Shown: piece after piece, positions 1 to 8,570 of the stretch
Layout: every line of letters starts with the position of its first letter
Position numbering within the stretch: the stretch's first letter is position 1
Position numbers and translations under genes: made by a program
Origin: Chloroflexota bacterium
Lineage (GTDB): Bacteria > Chloroflexota > Limnocylindria > Limnocylindrales > CSP1-4
Assembly: GCA_025454515.1 (NCBI GenBank)
Contig: JALOOH010000001.1
Coordinates: 1-50,389 of the forward strand
Direction: 5' to 3'
Length of the DNA: 50,389 bases
The notes under the pieces: model-generated
The model's database searches: none
What the model saw: the letters and a program-made list of their open reading frames with translations, nothing else
What the model was told of the DNA's origin: nothing

Positions 1-1
1 G

Positions 2-1258
2 ACGTGGGCCATCCAGCCCGTGGTCTCCGTGCTCGACGCGCAGGGGGACGTCGTGACGACGGACAGCGCCACGATCGTCCTCCTCGACATCGCGCCCGGC
101 TCGCCGCAGGCGGGCGGCCCCGGGACCCTCGGTTGCACGAGCGGCCTGTCGGCTCGCGTCCACCGCGGCGTCGCGCGCTTCGCCGGCTGCTCGATCGGGA
201 CGCCGGGCACGTACTACCAGCTTCGGGCGCGGACCTACTCGACGGGCTCCACGCTGGTCCTCACGGACATCAGCCTGCCGTTCGACATCGGTGGCGGGAA
301 CACGCCGGCGCGCGCCCTGTTCACGACCGAGCCGCTCGGCGCGACACTCGGGGGCGCGCCGCCGACCGCGCCGTCCGGCACGCCGTGGGCCGTCCAGCCG
401 GTCGTCTCGATCCTCGACGCGTCGGGACGGCTCGTGCGGGACGACAGCGAGACGGTCGTCGCGATCGCGATCGACGGCTCGTCGCTCCCGACCACGGGTC
501 GACTCGACTGCGCGGGCGGCACGACCGTGCAGGTCCTCGGCGGCGTGGCCGCCTTCACCGGCTGCCAGATCGCCGGCGCCGCCGGCGGCTACGTGCTGCG
601 TGCGACCGCCCGGGCCCCGGGCGGGGCGCTCACGTCCGACCTGAGCCTGCCGTTCACGATCACCGCGGCGACATCGAGCCTCGAGCTGTCCCCCTCGACG
701 CTCACCGTGGGACCGGGCGGCTCCGTCACGCTCACCGCGACGCTCGCCGGCACGGGGAACGCGAACCAGCCGATCGCCTTCGAGCGCGATGGACCCGACG
801 ACGCCGGCTGGGTGACGATCGGGACGTCGCCGACGGACGGCTCCGGGCAAGCGACGTTCTCCACGACGGTCCCGTACACGTCGGGATTCCGGGCGGTCTT
901 CGCCGGCAGCGGCTCGCTGGCGGCGGCGACGAGCGCGCCCGACATGGTCGCGGTCGCCGCGCGCGTGACGCTCGCCCCCGGCACCGCGTCGGTGAAGAAG
1001 GGGACCACCATCCGTTACGTCGCCGCGGTCGCGCCGGTCCCGCTCGGGGCGACCGTGGTCCAGTTCCACGTGTGGCGGTACGTCTCCGGCTCCTGGGCCC
1101 ACGTCACGCAGCGGTCCGCGCGCGTCGCCGCGAACGGGACCGCGACGCTGTCGTGGACGTGGGCGACGGCCGGCCGCTGGCGGATCGCCGTCATCGCCCC
1201 CACGACCGCGTACTCCACGCAGGGGCGGTCGCGGGTGATCCCCATCACGGTCAGGTAG
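2..1258 (+). CDS. Secreted Ig-like/Big-like repeat protein, 5'-truncated by the window edge; paralog of 1371..3197
   Basis: The frame is open from the window edge (TWAIQPVVSVLD... is already inside a repeat unit). Codon position 3 is G/C-rich, and the stop is TAG at 1256-1258. It has a repeated ~125-aa module with an invariant C...GC pair (..EPLGA..G..PWAVQPVV.ILD.SG..V..DS.T.V...G.L.C.GGT.V.V.GG.A.F.GC.I...G.Y.L.A...SLPF.I). The C-terminal ~200 aa align with the C-terminus of the next gene. Confidence 0.8.
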   Translation, partial: TWAIQPVVSVLDAQGDVVTTDSATIVLLDIAPGSPQAGGPGTLGCTSGLSARVHRGVARFAGCSIGTPGTYYQLRARTYSTGSTLVLTDISLPFDIGGGNTPARALFTTEPLGATLGGAPPTAPSGTPWAVQPVVSILDASGRLVRDDSETVVAIAIDGSSLPTTGRLDCAGGTTVQVLGGVAAFTGCQIAGAAGGYVLRATARAPGGALTSDLSLPFTITAATSSLELSPSTLTVGPGGSVTLTATLAGTGNANQPIAFERDGPDDAGWVTIGTSPTDGSGQATFSTTVPYTSGFRAVFAGSGSLAAATSAPDMVAVAARVTLAPGTASVKKGTTIRYVAAVAPVPLGATVVQFHVWRYVSGSWAHVTQRSARVAANGTATLSWTWATAGRWRIAVIAPTTAYSTQGRSRVIPITVR

Positions 1259-1370
1259 CGCGAGGGGACGCCGTTCCGCTCGGGGCGGCGAGCCTGTATC
1301 CTCTCGCGGGACCTCATTCCAGCACCCGGGCCGGGACGCGTCCGCCGGCGCCACCTTCGAGGAGGAGAGA

Positions 1371-3197
1371 ATGTCCGATCCCGTCCGCACATCGCATCGG
1401 GCGCTCCGGCGGGTGGTCGCCGTCGCGCTCGGAGGAGCGGTCCTCGCGTCGGCGTTCGCCTTCGGGCCGGTCGCCGCGTTCGGGGGCGACCCGTACGTCA
1501 TGTACACGTCCCAGCCGCTCGGCGCGACCGCGTGGAACGCCCCGACCGGCCAGGCCGGCGTCGCATGGTCGACCCAGCCCGCGGTCACGATCGTCGGCGA
1601 CGTGGACCCTTCGTACGACTACCAGGCCACGCTGTCGGTCTCGCCCGACTCGCCGTATGGCAACCTCTCCTGCTTCGGCGGGACGACCGTCGACATGCTC
1701 GGCGGCTCGGCGCGCTGGTCGGGCTGCTCGATCGACACCCCCGGCCAGGGCTTCACGCTCACGGCGACTGTGTTCGGCACGACGGCCATGGGGGTGGTGC
1801 TCCCGCCGATGCAGGCCGTGAGCTTCGCCTTCAACATCTCCGGCGGCGGGCCCACGCCGGGCGCCCAGACGCTCCAGTTCACCACCCAGCCGCTCGGTGC
1901 CAACCTCGGCAGCGCGCGACCGGTCGCCCAGGCCGGCCGCGCCTGGTCGATCCAGCCCGTGGTCGCGCTCGTCGACCAGAACGGCCGCCCGGTGAACAAC
2001 AGCTCCACCGTCGTGCAGCTGTCGATCACCACCGGCACGCCCCAGTCGGGTGGGCCCGGTCGGCTCACCTGCAGCGGCGGGACCGCCGTCACGCTCCAGA
2101 ACGGGTTCGCGTACTTCACGGGGTGCTCGATCGACACCCCCGGCACCGCGTACCAGCTGACCGCCTCGACGGTGAGCTTCGGCTCGACCCAGGTCCTCTA
2201 CGACATCAGCCTGCCGTTCGACATCAGCGGCGGCAACTACGCCACGCAGATCCGGTTCAGCACGCAGCCGCTCGGCGCGGTCCAGGGCGGCACGGTCCCG
2301 TCCGGGACGACCGGCACCCCGTGGTCGATCCAGCCGAGCGTGGCGCTCTACAACTCGTCCGGCAAGATCGTCTCGACCGACTACACGTCGCTCGTCACGC
2401 TCTCCCTCGACCCCGCCGGACCGGCGGGGCAGCTCTACTGCGCCACCGGGACGTCGGTCCAGGTGACCGGCGGCATCGCGTACTTCCAGGGCTGCCAGAT
2501 CGTGGGGACGGGCAACGGATTCCGCCTGCTCGCCCGCGCGCAGACCTCGACCGGCAACATCGGCCCGACGTACAGCCTCCCGTTCAACATCGTCGCCGCC
2601 CCGTCCGGCCTCAGCCTCGAGGCGTCCGCCTACGAGGTCGCGCCCGGGACGACGATGACGTTCACCGCGACACTGTCGGGTTCGGGCGCCGGTGGCCAGA
2701 CGATCATCTTCGAGGGCACGAACGCCAACTACCCCTCCTGGACGCAGTTCGGCACCGCCGTGACGAACTCCGCCGGCGTCGCGACGCTCACCCCGGCCCA
2801 GGGGATCAACTACACGGCGACGGTCCGGGCTCGCTTCGCGGGCAGCGGCACCCTCGCGCCGGCGACGAGCACGTCTGACGTCATCGGCGTCTTCGCCCAG
2901 CTGACGATCTCGCCCGGCGGCACGAACAACGTGAAGAAGGGCAGCGCCGTCACCTACACCGCGACCCTGAAGCCGAACCCCGGGCTGGGCCAGAAGGTCC
3001 AGTTCCTCATCTACCAGTACGTGAACGGGAAGTGGGTCTACAACAACCAGCGGACCTACTTCACGACCTCCAGCTCCCAGGTGAAGCTCACCTGGAAGTG
3101 GTCCACGGCGGGCAAGTGGTACGTCCGCGCGTACGCGCCGGCGAACGTGTACTACACCGACGGCTACTCGCCGACGTCGGTCGTCAACGTGAAGTAG
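1371..3197 (+). CDS. Secreted Ig-like/Big-like repeat protein (3 Cys-pair modules plus 2 C-terminal Ig-like domains)
   Basis: ATG is preceded by GAGGAGGAGAGA. The N-terminal signal peptide is RRVVAVALGGAVLASAFAFGPVAAFG. Three ~125-aa modules share (T/S)TQPLGA...W(S)(I/T)QP.V...C.GGT.V....G.A.F.GC.ID(T)PG..Y.L.A...(S)LPF(D/N)I, followed by a beta-rich tail. A 24-nt stretch is identical to gene 1 (266..289 vs 2202..2225). Confidence 0.85.
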   Translation: MSDPVRTSHRALRRVVAVALGGAVLASAFAFGPVAAFGGDPYVMYTSQPLGATAWNAPTGQAGVAWSTQPAVTIVGDVDPSYDYQATLSVSPDSPYGNLSCFGGTTVDMLGGSARWSGCSIDTPGQGFTLTATVFGTTAMGVVLPPMQAVSFAFNISGGGPTPGAQTLQFTTQPLGANLGSARPVAQAGRAWSIQPVVALVDQNGRPVNNSSTVVQLSITTGTPQSGGPGRLTCSGGTAVTLQNGFAYFTGCSIDTPGTAYQLTASTVSFGSTQVLYDISLPFDISGGNYATQIRFSTQPLGAVQGGTVPSGTTGTPWSIQPSVALYNSSGKIVSTDYTSLVTLSLDPAGPAGQLYCATGTSVQVTGGIAYFQGCQIVGTGNGFRLLARAQTSTGNIGPTYSLPFNIVAAPSGLSLEASAYEVAPGTTMTFTATLSGSGAGGQTIIFEGTNANYPSWTQFGTAVTNSAGVATLTPAQGINYTATVRARFAGSGTLAPATSTSDVIGVFAQLTISPGGTNNVKKGSAVTYTATLKPNPGLGQKVQFLIYQYVNGKWVYNNQRTYFTTSSSQVKLTWKWSTAGKWYVRAYAPANVYYTDGYSPTSVVNVK

Positions 3198-3257
3198 CAC
3201 GCGCGCGGGCCGGCCGGCGAGCCCGCCGGCCGCCGCGTCCGTCGGACGCACCGGATC

Positions 3258-3291
3258 CGCAGGGGCGGGGCCGCGAGGCCCCGCCCCTGCG
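3258..3291. terminator. Stem-loop between convergent genes (putative bidirectional terminator)
   Basis: Perfect 15-bp inverted repeat CGCAGGGGCGGGGCC-gcga-GGCCCCGCCCCTGCG between the stops of 1371..3197 (+) and 3321..4664 (-). There is no U-tract. Confidence 0.55.
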
Positions 3292-3320
3292 GCCGTCCCG
3301 GGCCCGCCCGCGCCGGATCG

Positions 3321-4664
3321 TCAGGCGGCGCCGAACAGGGTCGCCCCGACGAGGATCACGGACAGGCTCGCGACGAGCGCCGTCACGGTCCAGCCGATCG
3401 CGCCCAGAAGCCGGCCGTTCGCGAGGTCGCCCATGATCCTGCGGTCCCGCGCGAGGAGCATGACGAAGACGAGGATGAACGGAAGCAGGATCCCGTTGAG
3501 GACCTGCGCGAGGAACATCACGGTGATGAGCGGGAGCCCGGGGATGAGGACGAACACCGCGGAGAAGCCGATGACGAAGGCGAGGATCCCGTAGAACGCC
3601 GGCGCCTCGCGCCACCGGTGGTCCACCCCCGATTCCCAGCCGAACGCCTCCGTCGCCGTGTACGCGCTCGAGAGCGGGACGACGCCGAGGCCCAGCAGTG
3701 AGGCGGCGAGCAGCCCGAGGCCGAAGATGAGCACGGCCGCCTCGCCGGCGAACGGCCCGAGCGCCTCGGCGGCCTGCCCGGCGTCCGTGATGTTCGTGAT
3801 CCCGTTCGCCCACAGCGTCGCGGCGCAGGCAACCACGATGAACGCCGCGACGACGTTCGTGATGAGCGTCCCGATGCCCACGTCCACTCGCTCGGCGGTG
3901 AGCTCCTCCGGGCCCAGGCGCTTGTCCACCACGTACGCCTGGATGAACGCCTGGCCCCACGGGGTGATCGTCGTGCCCACGACACCGACGACGGCGAGCC
4001 AGTAGGCGGGCGAGGACTCGAGCTGCGGGACGACGAGAGAGCGGACCGCGGTGGACCAGTCGGGGTGCGCGAGGTACGCGGCGACCGCGTACGCGACCGA
4101 GATCGCGACGCCGACCGCGACGAAGAAGTACTGGACCTTGCCGTAGCTGCCGCGACTGATGAGCAGGACGACCGCGATCGCGGCGAGGATCGTCGCGACC
4201 GGCAGCGGGACGCCGAACAGGCCGAGCGCCGTCCCGATCCCGGCGAACTCGCTGATGACCGAGCCCTGGTTCGCGACGAGCATGAGGACCGCCGCGAACG
4301 CCGCCCAGCGGACGCCGAACCGTTCCCGCACGAGCCCCGTCAGGCCCTGGCCGGTCGCGAGCCCCAGCCGCGCCCCCACCTCCTGCGTGAAGAAGAGCGC
4401 GATCTGGCTCGCCAGGAGCACCCAGAGCAGCGCGTAGCCGAACCGCGCGCCGGCGAGGGAGTACGTCGTGATCCCGCCTGCGTCGTTGTCCGCGAAGCCG
4501 GCGACGATGCCCGGGCCGAGGACGGCGAGCGACGCGGCGAACCGCAGTCGCCAGCGCGGGACCGCGGCGGGGCGCCGGACCGCGACGCGCCGGCGTCGGC
4601 GCCGGCCGACCGCCGCGGGAGCGGCGGTCTCGACGACCTCCGCCGCCTCCGGGCGCGACGTCAC
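3321..4664 (-). CDS. NRAMP/SLC11-family divalent cation transporter with non-canonical metal-site motifs (NRMT-like, possible Mg2+ transporter)
   Basis: About 11-12 hydrophobic helices. The TM1 region LGPGIVAGFADNDAGGITT aligns to the NRAMP signature LGPxxxxxxxYxDPGN, and the TM6 region VVGTTITPWGQ aligns to GAxxMPH. The GTG start overlaps the upstream gene's stop (GTGA at 4661-4664). Confidence 0.8.
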   Translation of the reverse strand: MTSRPEAAEVVETAAPAAVGRRRRRRVAVRRPAAVPRWRLRFAASLAVLGPGIVAGFADNDAGGITTYSLAGARFGYALLWVLLASQIALFFTQEVGARLGLATGQGLTGLVRERFGVRWAAFAAVLMLVANQGSVISEFAGIGTALGLFGVPLPVATILAAIAVVLLISRGSYGKVQYFFVAVGVAISVAYAVAAYLAHPDWSTAVRSLVVPQLESSPAYWLAVVGVVGTTITPWGQAFIQAYVVDKRLGPEELTAERVDVGIGTLITNVVAAFIVVACAATLWANGITNITDAGQAAEALGPFAGEAAVLIFGLGLLAASLLGLGVVPLSSAYTATEAFGWESGVDHRWREAPAFYGILAFVIGFSAVFVLIPGLPLITVMFLAQVLNGILLPFILVFVMLLARDRRIMGDLANGRLLGAIGWTVTALVASLSVILVGATLFGAA

Positions 4665-5932
4665 CGGGCCGCCTCGCTGCGCGCGAACAGCTTGGGGATC
4701 CGCTTCTTCCAGGCTGTCGGCAGCACGGTGTCGATCGCGTCATCGACCGTCACGATCCCCTGGAGGACGCCGTCGGCGTCCACGACCGGCACCGCGAGCA
4801 GGTTGTACCGGGCGACGACGTGCGCGACCTCCTCCTGGTCCGCGAGGACGTCCACGGCCACCGGCTCGTCGTGCATGACCTCGCGGATCGGCGCCTCGGG
4901 CCGCGCGACGATGAGGTCCCGGAGCGAGAGGACGCCCACGAGCCGCTCGGCGTCGTCGGTGACGTAGACGTAGTAGATCGTCTCCGCCTCGGGCTCGAGC
5001 TCGCGCAGCCGGTCGATGGTCTGGGCCGCTGTCAGGGTGTCCGCGACCGCGATGTACTCGGTCGTCATGATCCCGCCCGCGGAGTCCTCTGGGTACCCGA
5101 GGAGCTCGCGGACCTCCGCCTCCTCCTCGTCCTCCATGAGCGCGAGGATCTCCTCGCGGCTCTCGTCCGAGAGGTCGGCCACGAGATCCGCGGCGTCGTC
5201 CGGGCTCATCTCCTCGAGGACGTCGGCCGCCCGCTCGGGCTCGAGGTCTTCGATGACGTCGACCTGCGCCTCGGGCTCCATCTCCTCGATGGCGTCCGCG
5301 ACCGCCTCGTCGTCGAGGGTGGCGAGGACGCCCGCCCGGTCGCGCGGCGTGAGCTGCTCCAGGATCGTGGCGAGGTCCGCGGGGTGAAGCTCCGCGAGGC
5401 CCTTGTGCGGCACCTTGAGACGGACGCCGGCGATGGTGGACTCGACCGGGTCGACGTCCTCCCAGTCGATGTACTTCTCCTCGATCGGCAGGCGGAGGTT
5501 GCGGGCGACCGTGCGGAAGGGGCCCTCGATGCCGAAGCGGCGGAGCAGGCCCGACGCGCCGACGTCCACGGCGACGAGCCGGAGCGAGCCGTCCACCTCG
5601 TCGAGCCGGATGTCGTTCACCCGGACGACCTTCCGACCGTCGATGTCCACGATCTGCTTGTCGAGGAGGTCGGCCTTGAGGAGGATCTCGTTCTGGCGCT
5701 GCCGGAACTTGCCGATGTCGATCGTCGCGGTGCGCAGGCGCGCGCCGCCCTCGTCCAGGCTGGCGACCGATGCCCAGGGCAGGAAGATCTCGCGCCGGTC
5801 CGTCCTGACGACGAGTCCGGTCACGGGCGGGTAGGCGTCGCCGATCGCCACGATCAGGTCGGCGACGGTCCCGATCGACTCGCCGTTCCGGTCGAGGACC
5901 GGGCGGCCGATGGCCCTGGACAGGTAGATCAT
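4661..5932 (-). CDS. Soluble PRC-barrel + MgtE N-domain + CBS-pair protein (MgtE cytoplasmic sensor module without the membrane pore)
   Basis: The N-terminus has two PRC-barrel-like segments (GRPVLDRNGESIGTVADLIV; DKQIVDIDGRKVVRVNDIRL). An acidic helical MgtE_N-like region follows (LHPADLATILEQLTPRDRAGVLATLDDEAVADAIEEMEPE...DAADLVADL), then a CBS pair (GGIMTTEYIAV...VTDDAERLVGVLSLRDLI...VVDADGVLQGIVTVDDAID). No TM segment follows. The ATG is preceded by GAGGTGG. Confidence 0.85.
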   Translation of the reverse strand: MIYLSRAIGRPVLDRNGESIGTVADLIVAIGDAYPPVTGLVVRTDRREIFLPWASVASLDEGGARLRTATIDIGKFRQRQNEILLKADLLDKQIVDIDGRKVVRVNDIRLDEVDGSLRLVAVDVGASGLLRRFGIEGPFRTVARNLRLPIEEKYIDWEDVDPVESTIAGVRLKVPHKGLAELHPADLATILEQLTPRDRAGVLATLDDEAVADAIEEMEPEAQVDVIEDLEPERAADVLEEMSPDDAADLVADLSDESREEILALMEDEEEAEVRELLGYPEDSAGGIMTTEYIAVADTLTAAQTIDRLRELEPEAETIYYVYVTDDAERLVGVLSLRDLIVARPEAPIREVMHDEPVAVDVLADQEEVAHVVARYNLLAVPVVDADGVLQGIVTVDDAIDTVLPTAWKKRIPKLFARSEAAR

Positions 5933-6134
5933 GTGCCACCTCGCGGGCGGGTCCGCCGCCCGGCGCGAGGAGGCGCGGCGCAGCGCGCGCCGCGTCGGCT
6001 CAGAGGGCGGTACGGACCTCGCGGGAGCTCCCGGCGCACCGTGCGCCGGGGGGTCTGGGTCCGGTCTCCACTGGGGGAGGGTTCCTCCGATGCGGACATG
6101 GCGGATCGGCCCGGCGGGGGCGCGGTCCGAACCA

Positions 6135-6164
6135 AGTCTAGTCCCGGCGCGGACGGCGCTGCAA
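6135..6164 (-). promoter_or_regulatory. Putative sigma-70/SigA-type promoter for the sensor/transporter operon
   Basis: The minus strand reads TTGCAG-N18-TAGACT in the only relatively AT-richer patch of this intergenic region. It would give a ~200-nt leader before the ATG at 5932. Confidence 0.35.
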
Positions 6165-6282
6165 CGCGGACGCGACGGCGGGCCGCGGGCCCGTCGCGGC
6201 CGTGTCCGCGGCCGCCGCGGCGGTGTACGCTGGCCGCCGGTCTCGCGTGGGGGAGGCGTGCGGGGCGCGCGACGACGGCCGG

Positions 6283-7572
6283 ATGGGAGGAGCGGTGGCA
6301 GCGAAGGGCGGGAGCCGGGCCGCGGGCTCGACGGAGGTCCCGCCCCGCGTCCGGCGACGCGGCCGCGCGTCCGGACGTGCGGCGGGGTCAGCCGACGTCG
6401 ACCTGCTCGACCTGCACGAGACGTCCCCGGAGGCGCTCTGGGCCCGCCGGCTCACGATCGGCATCGGCGTCCTGAGCGGCGCGCTGGCGCTCCTCGTCGC
6501 GGCGGAGTTCGTCGCGGGCGAGGCATCGCCCGCCGACATCCTCATCGTCATCGCGCTCGCCGCGATGGCCGGGCTGACGCTCGTGACGATCCGCCTCGTG
6601 GGGGTCCGCGACCGCCAGCGCGCCGCGGAGCTCGAGGACACCGCGCGGCTCATCCGGAGCCTCTCGCGCGCGGTGTCGCCGGACGCCGTCGTCGAGGCCA
6701 TCGCGGGCGAGGTCGGCTTCGCCACGGAGGCCGATCACGTGGTCGTCGTCCGACGCCGGCCCCGCGCGTGGGCGCTGGACGCCACCCTGGTCAGCGTGGG
6801 CGGCGACGTCGCGCCGTCCACCACGACGCTCCCGTCCACCGACCTCGTGCCGGCGGGCCGGCCAGAGGACGCGTCCCTTCGCCGCCTGGAGGCGCACGTC
6901 GCCGACGCCTTCGCCCTGCGGCACACGATCGCGGCGCCGCTCGTCGTGGAGGCCGGCCTCGTCGGGGCGATCGTCCTCTCGCGCCGCACCGGGCAGGCGT
7001 GGGGTGACACGGCGCGCCGCCGCCTCGCCGTCTCGGCGGCCGAGGCGTCCGCCGCCCTCGAGCGTGCGTACACGCTGTCGGACGCGGAGGCGCGCGCGCA
7101 GACGGACCCGCTGACGGGCCTGCCCAACCGACGGCGGTTCGACCAGGCCGCGCGCGACCTCGCCGGGAGGCGCAGGGCAGGGGACCGCGTCGGGCTGCTC
7201 ATGATCGACCTCGACCACTTCAAGCGCCTCAACGACGAGCTCGGGCATCCGGCCGGTGACCGCGTCCTGGTCGCGGTGGCGCGCGCGATCGCGGGCTCCG
7301 TGCGTGACGTGGACCTTCCGGCGCGGGTGGGCGGCGAGGAGTTCGCGGTCATCCTCCGCGACCCGTCCGGCGCCGCAGAGGTGGCCGAGCGTCTCCGGGC
7401 CGCGATCGCTGCGATCGACCTGTCCGATCACGGGATCCCGGGGGTCACGGCCTCGGTGGGCGTGGCCGTCGCCGCCGACCCGGACGAGCAGATCGCATCG
7501 CTCGTGCGCCGGGCCGACGACGCGCTGCTGCGCGCGAAGCGCGAGGGGCGGGACCGGGTCGTCGCCGGGTAG
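6283..7572 (+). CDS. Membrane-anchored GAF-like + GGDEF diguanylate cyclase (start codon uncertain, 6202-6400)
   Basis: Two TM helices (LTIGIGVLSGALALLVAA; ILIVIALAAMAGLTLVTI) and a GAF-like middle region. The GGDEF domain shows DPLTGLPNRRRF, LLMIDLDHFKRLND, an RDVD I-site and an intact GGEEF. Confidence 0.85.
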   Translation: MGGAVAAKGGSRAAGSTEVPPRVRRRGRASGRAAGSADVDLLDLHETSPEALWARRLTIGIGVLSGALALLVAAEFVAGEASPADILIVIALAAMAGLTLVTIRLVGVRDRQRAAELEDTARLIRSLSRAVSPDAVVEAIAGEVGFATEADHVVVVRRRPRAWALDATLVSVGGDVAPSTTTLPSTDLVPAGRPEDASLRRLEAHVADAFALRHTIAAPLVVEAGLVGAIVLSRRTGQAWGDTARRRLAVSAAEASAALERAYTLSDAEARAQTDPLTGLPNRRRFDQAARDLAGRRRAGDRVGLLMIDLDHFKRLNDELGHPAGDRVLVAVARAIAGSVRDVDLPARVGGEEFAVILRDPSGAAEVAERLRAAIAAIDLSDHGIPGVTASVGVAVAADPDEQIASLVRRADDALLRAKREGRDRVVAG

Positions 7573-7640
7573 GCTCCGCGGACGGGGCGGGACCGGGCGC
7601 CGCGCTCGAGCCCACGGCCGTCGCGTAGCATTCCCACTCG

Positions 7641-8444
7641 ATGGACACGCGCCGCAACACGCGCCGCGAGCTCGCCGTCCTCGCGACGGCCCTCGTCGTC
7701 GCCTCCCGGCCTCTCGAGGGCGACCTCGTCTGGCTCGTCGGCGCCCTCGTCCTCGGCGCCGTCGTGCTCGGCGGCCTCCAGGCGCTCGACCTCGGCGAGC
7801 CGCGCGGCGTCGCGATCGAGTCGGTCATCACGCCCGCCGTCGCGTCTGTCGCTGCCGTCGGCGCGATCCGCCTCGTGCCGGTCGGCCTGTGGCTGGTGCC
7901 CGCGGTCGTCCTCGCGTTCGTGCTCATCGACCGCGCCCTCGCCGCCGAGGCGAACCTGCTGTCACGACCCGGAGGCGAGCCGGCGCCGGAGGACCGCAAC
8001 GCCCTGCTCGCCGTCGTGCTCACGTCGGCGTTCCTCGCGTTCGCCGGCGCGGCGGGCGCCGCGGGCGTCATCGCGCCCCTCGGTTCGGAGGCGACCGCCC
8101 CCGTCTCCGAGGGCGGCCTGCTCGTGCTCGTGGCCGCGGACGCGGGCGTCGCGGCGCTGCTGGGCTTCCGCCTCACGCTGCTGGACTCTCCGAGCCTGCG
8201 GGACGCGGCGTGGGGCGCCATCACCTTCGCCGCGGTCGCGGCGATCGGGACGGCCGCCGTCCGGGCGATCGACCTGCCTCGACTCATCGGCCCGGCCGTC
8301 GTCACGCTGCTCCTGTACCTCTGGAGCGTCTACCTGCGCCGGCCCCAGGGGTTCGGCGGGGAGCGGCGGCGCCTGGCGGAGGGCGTCGCCCTCGCCGTCC
8401 TCGGCCTCGTCGTCGTCGGCTGGAACCTGCTCCTGCGCGGGTGA
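7641..8444 (+). CDS. Polytopic membrane protein of unknown function
   Basis: The 267-aa ORF has about 7-8 Ala/Leu/Val-rich hydrophobic segments, a GC3-rich frame and an ATG start. I recognise no family motif. Confidence 0.6.
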   Translation: MDTRRNTRRELAVLATALVVASRPLEGDLVWLVGALVLGAVVLGGLQALDLGEPRGVAIESVITPAVASVAAVGAIRLVPVGLWLVPAVVLAFVLIDRALAAEANLLSRPGGEPAPEDRNALLAVVLTSAFLAFAGAAGAAGVIAPLGSEATAPVSEGGLLVLVAADAGVAALLGFRLTLLDSPSLRDAAWGAITFAAVAAIGTAAVRAIDLPRLIGPAVVTLLLYLWSVYLRRPQGFGGERRRLAEGVALAVLGLVVVGWNLLLRG

Positions 8445-8462
8445 TGCCCGCCGGGCCCGTCG

Positions 8463-8491
8463 TTGACAGCCCCGACCCCGGGCGCTATAAG
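8463..8491 (+). promoter_or_regulatory. Near-consensus promoter TTGACA-N17-TATAAG
   Basis: TTGACA at 8463-8468, a 17-nt spacer, and TATAAG at 8486-8491, about 80 nt upstream of the GTG at 8571. It is unusually close to consensus for this GC-rich sequence. Confidence 0.6.
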
Positions 8492-8570
8492 GGGATGCTC
8501 CCCTTCCGCGATCCCGCGCGCGCCGGAACGGCGGCGCGCCTGCCGCCCTCCCCGAAAGGACCCAGCCTCC

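Noticed and set aside
4-1821. 605-aa plus-strand ORF spanning both Ig-like repeat genes
   Set aside because: It is out of frame relative to the repeat-protein frames. Its translation is Arg/Gly/Asp-rich, and it crosses the intergenic region that carries a clear RBS and signal-peptide start at 1371.
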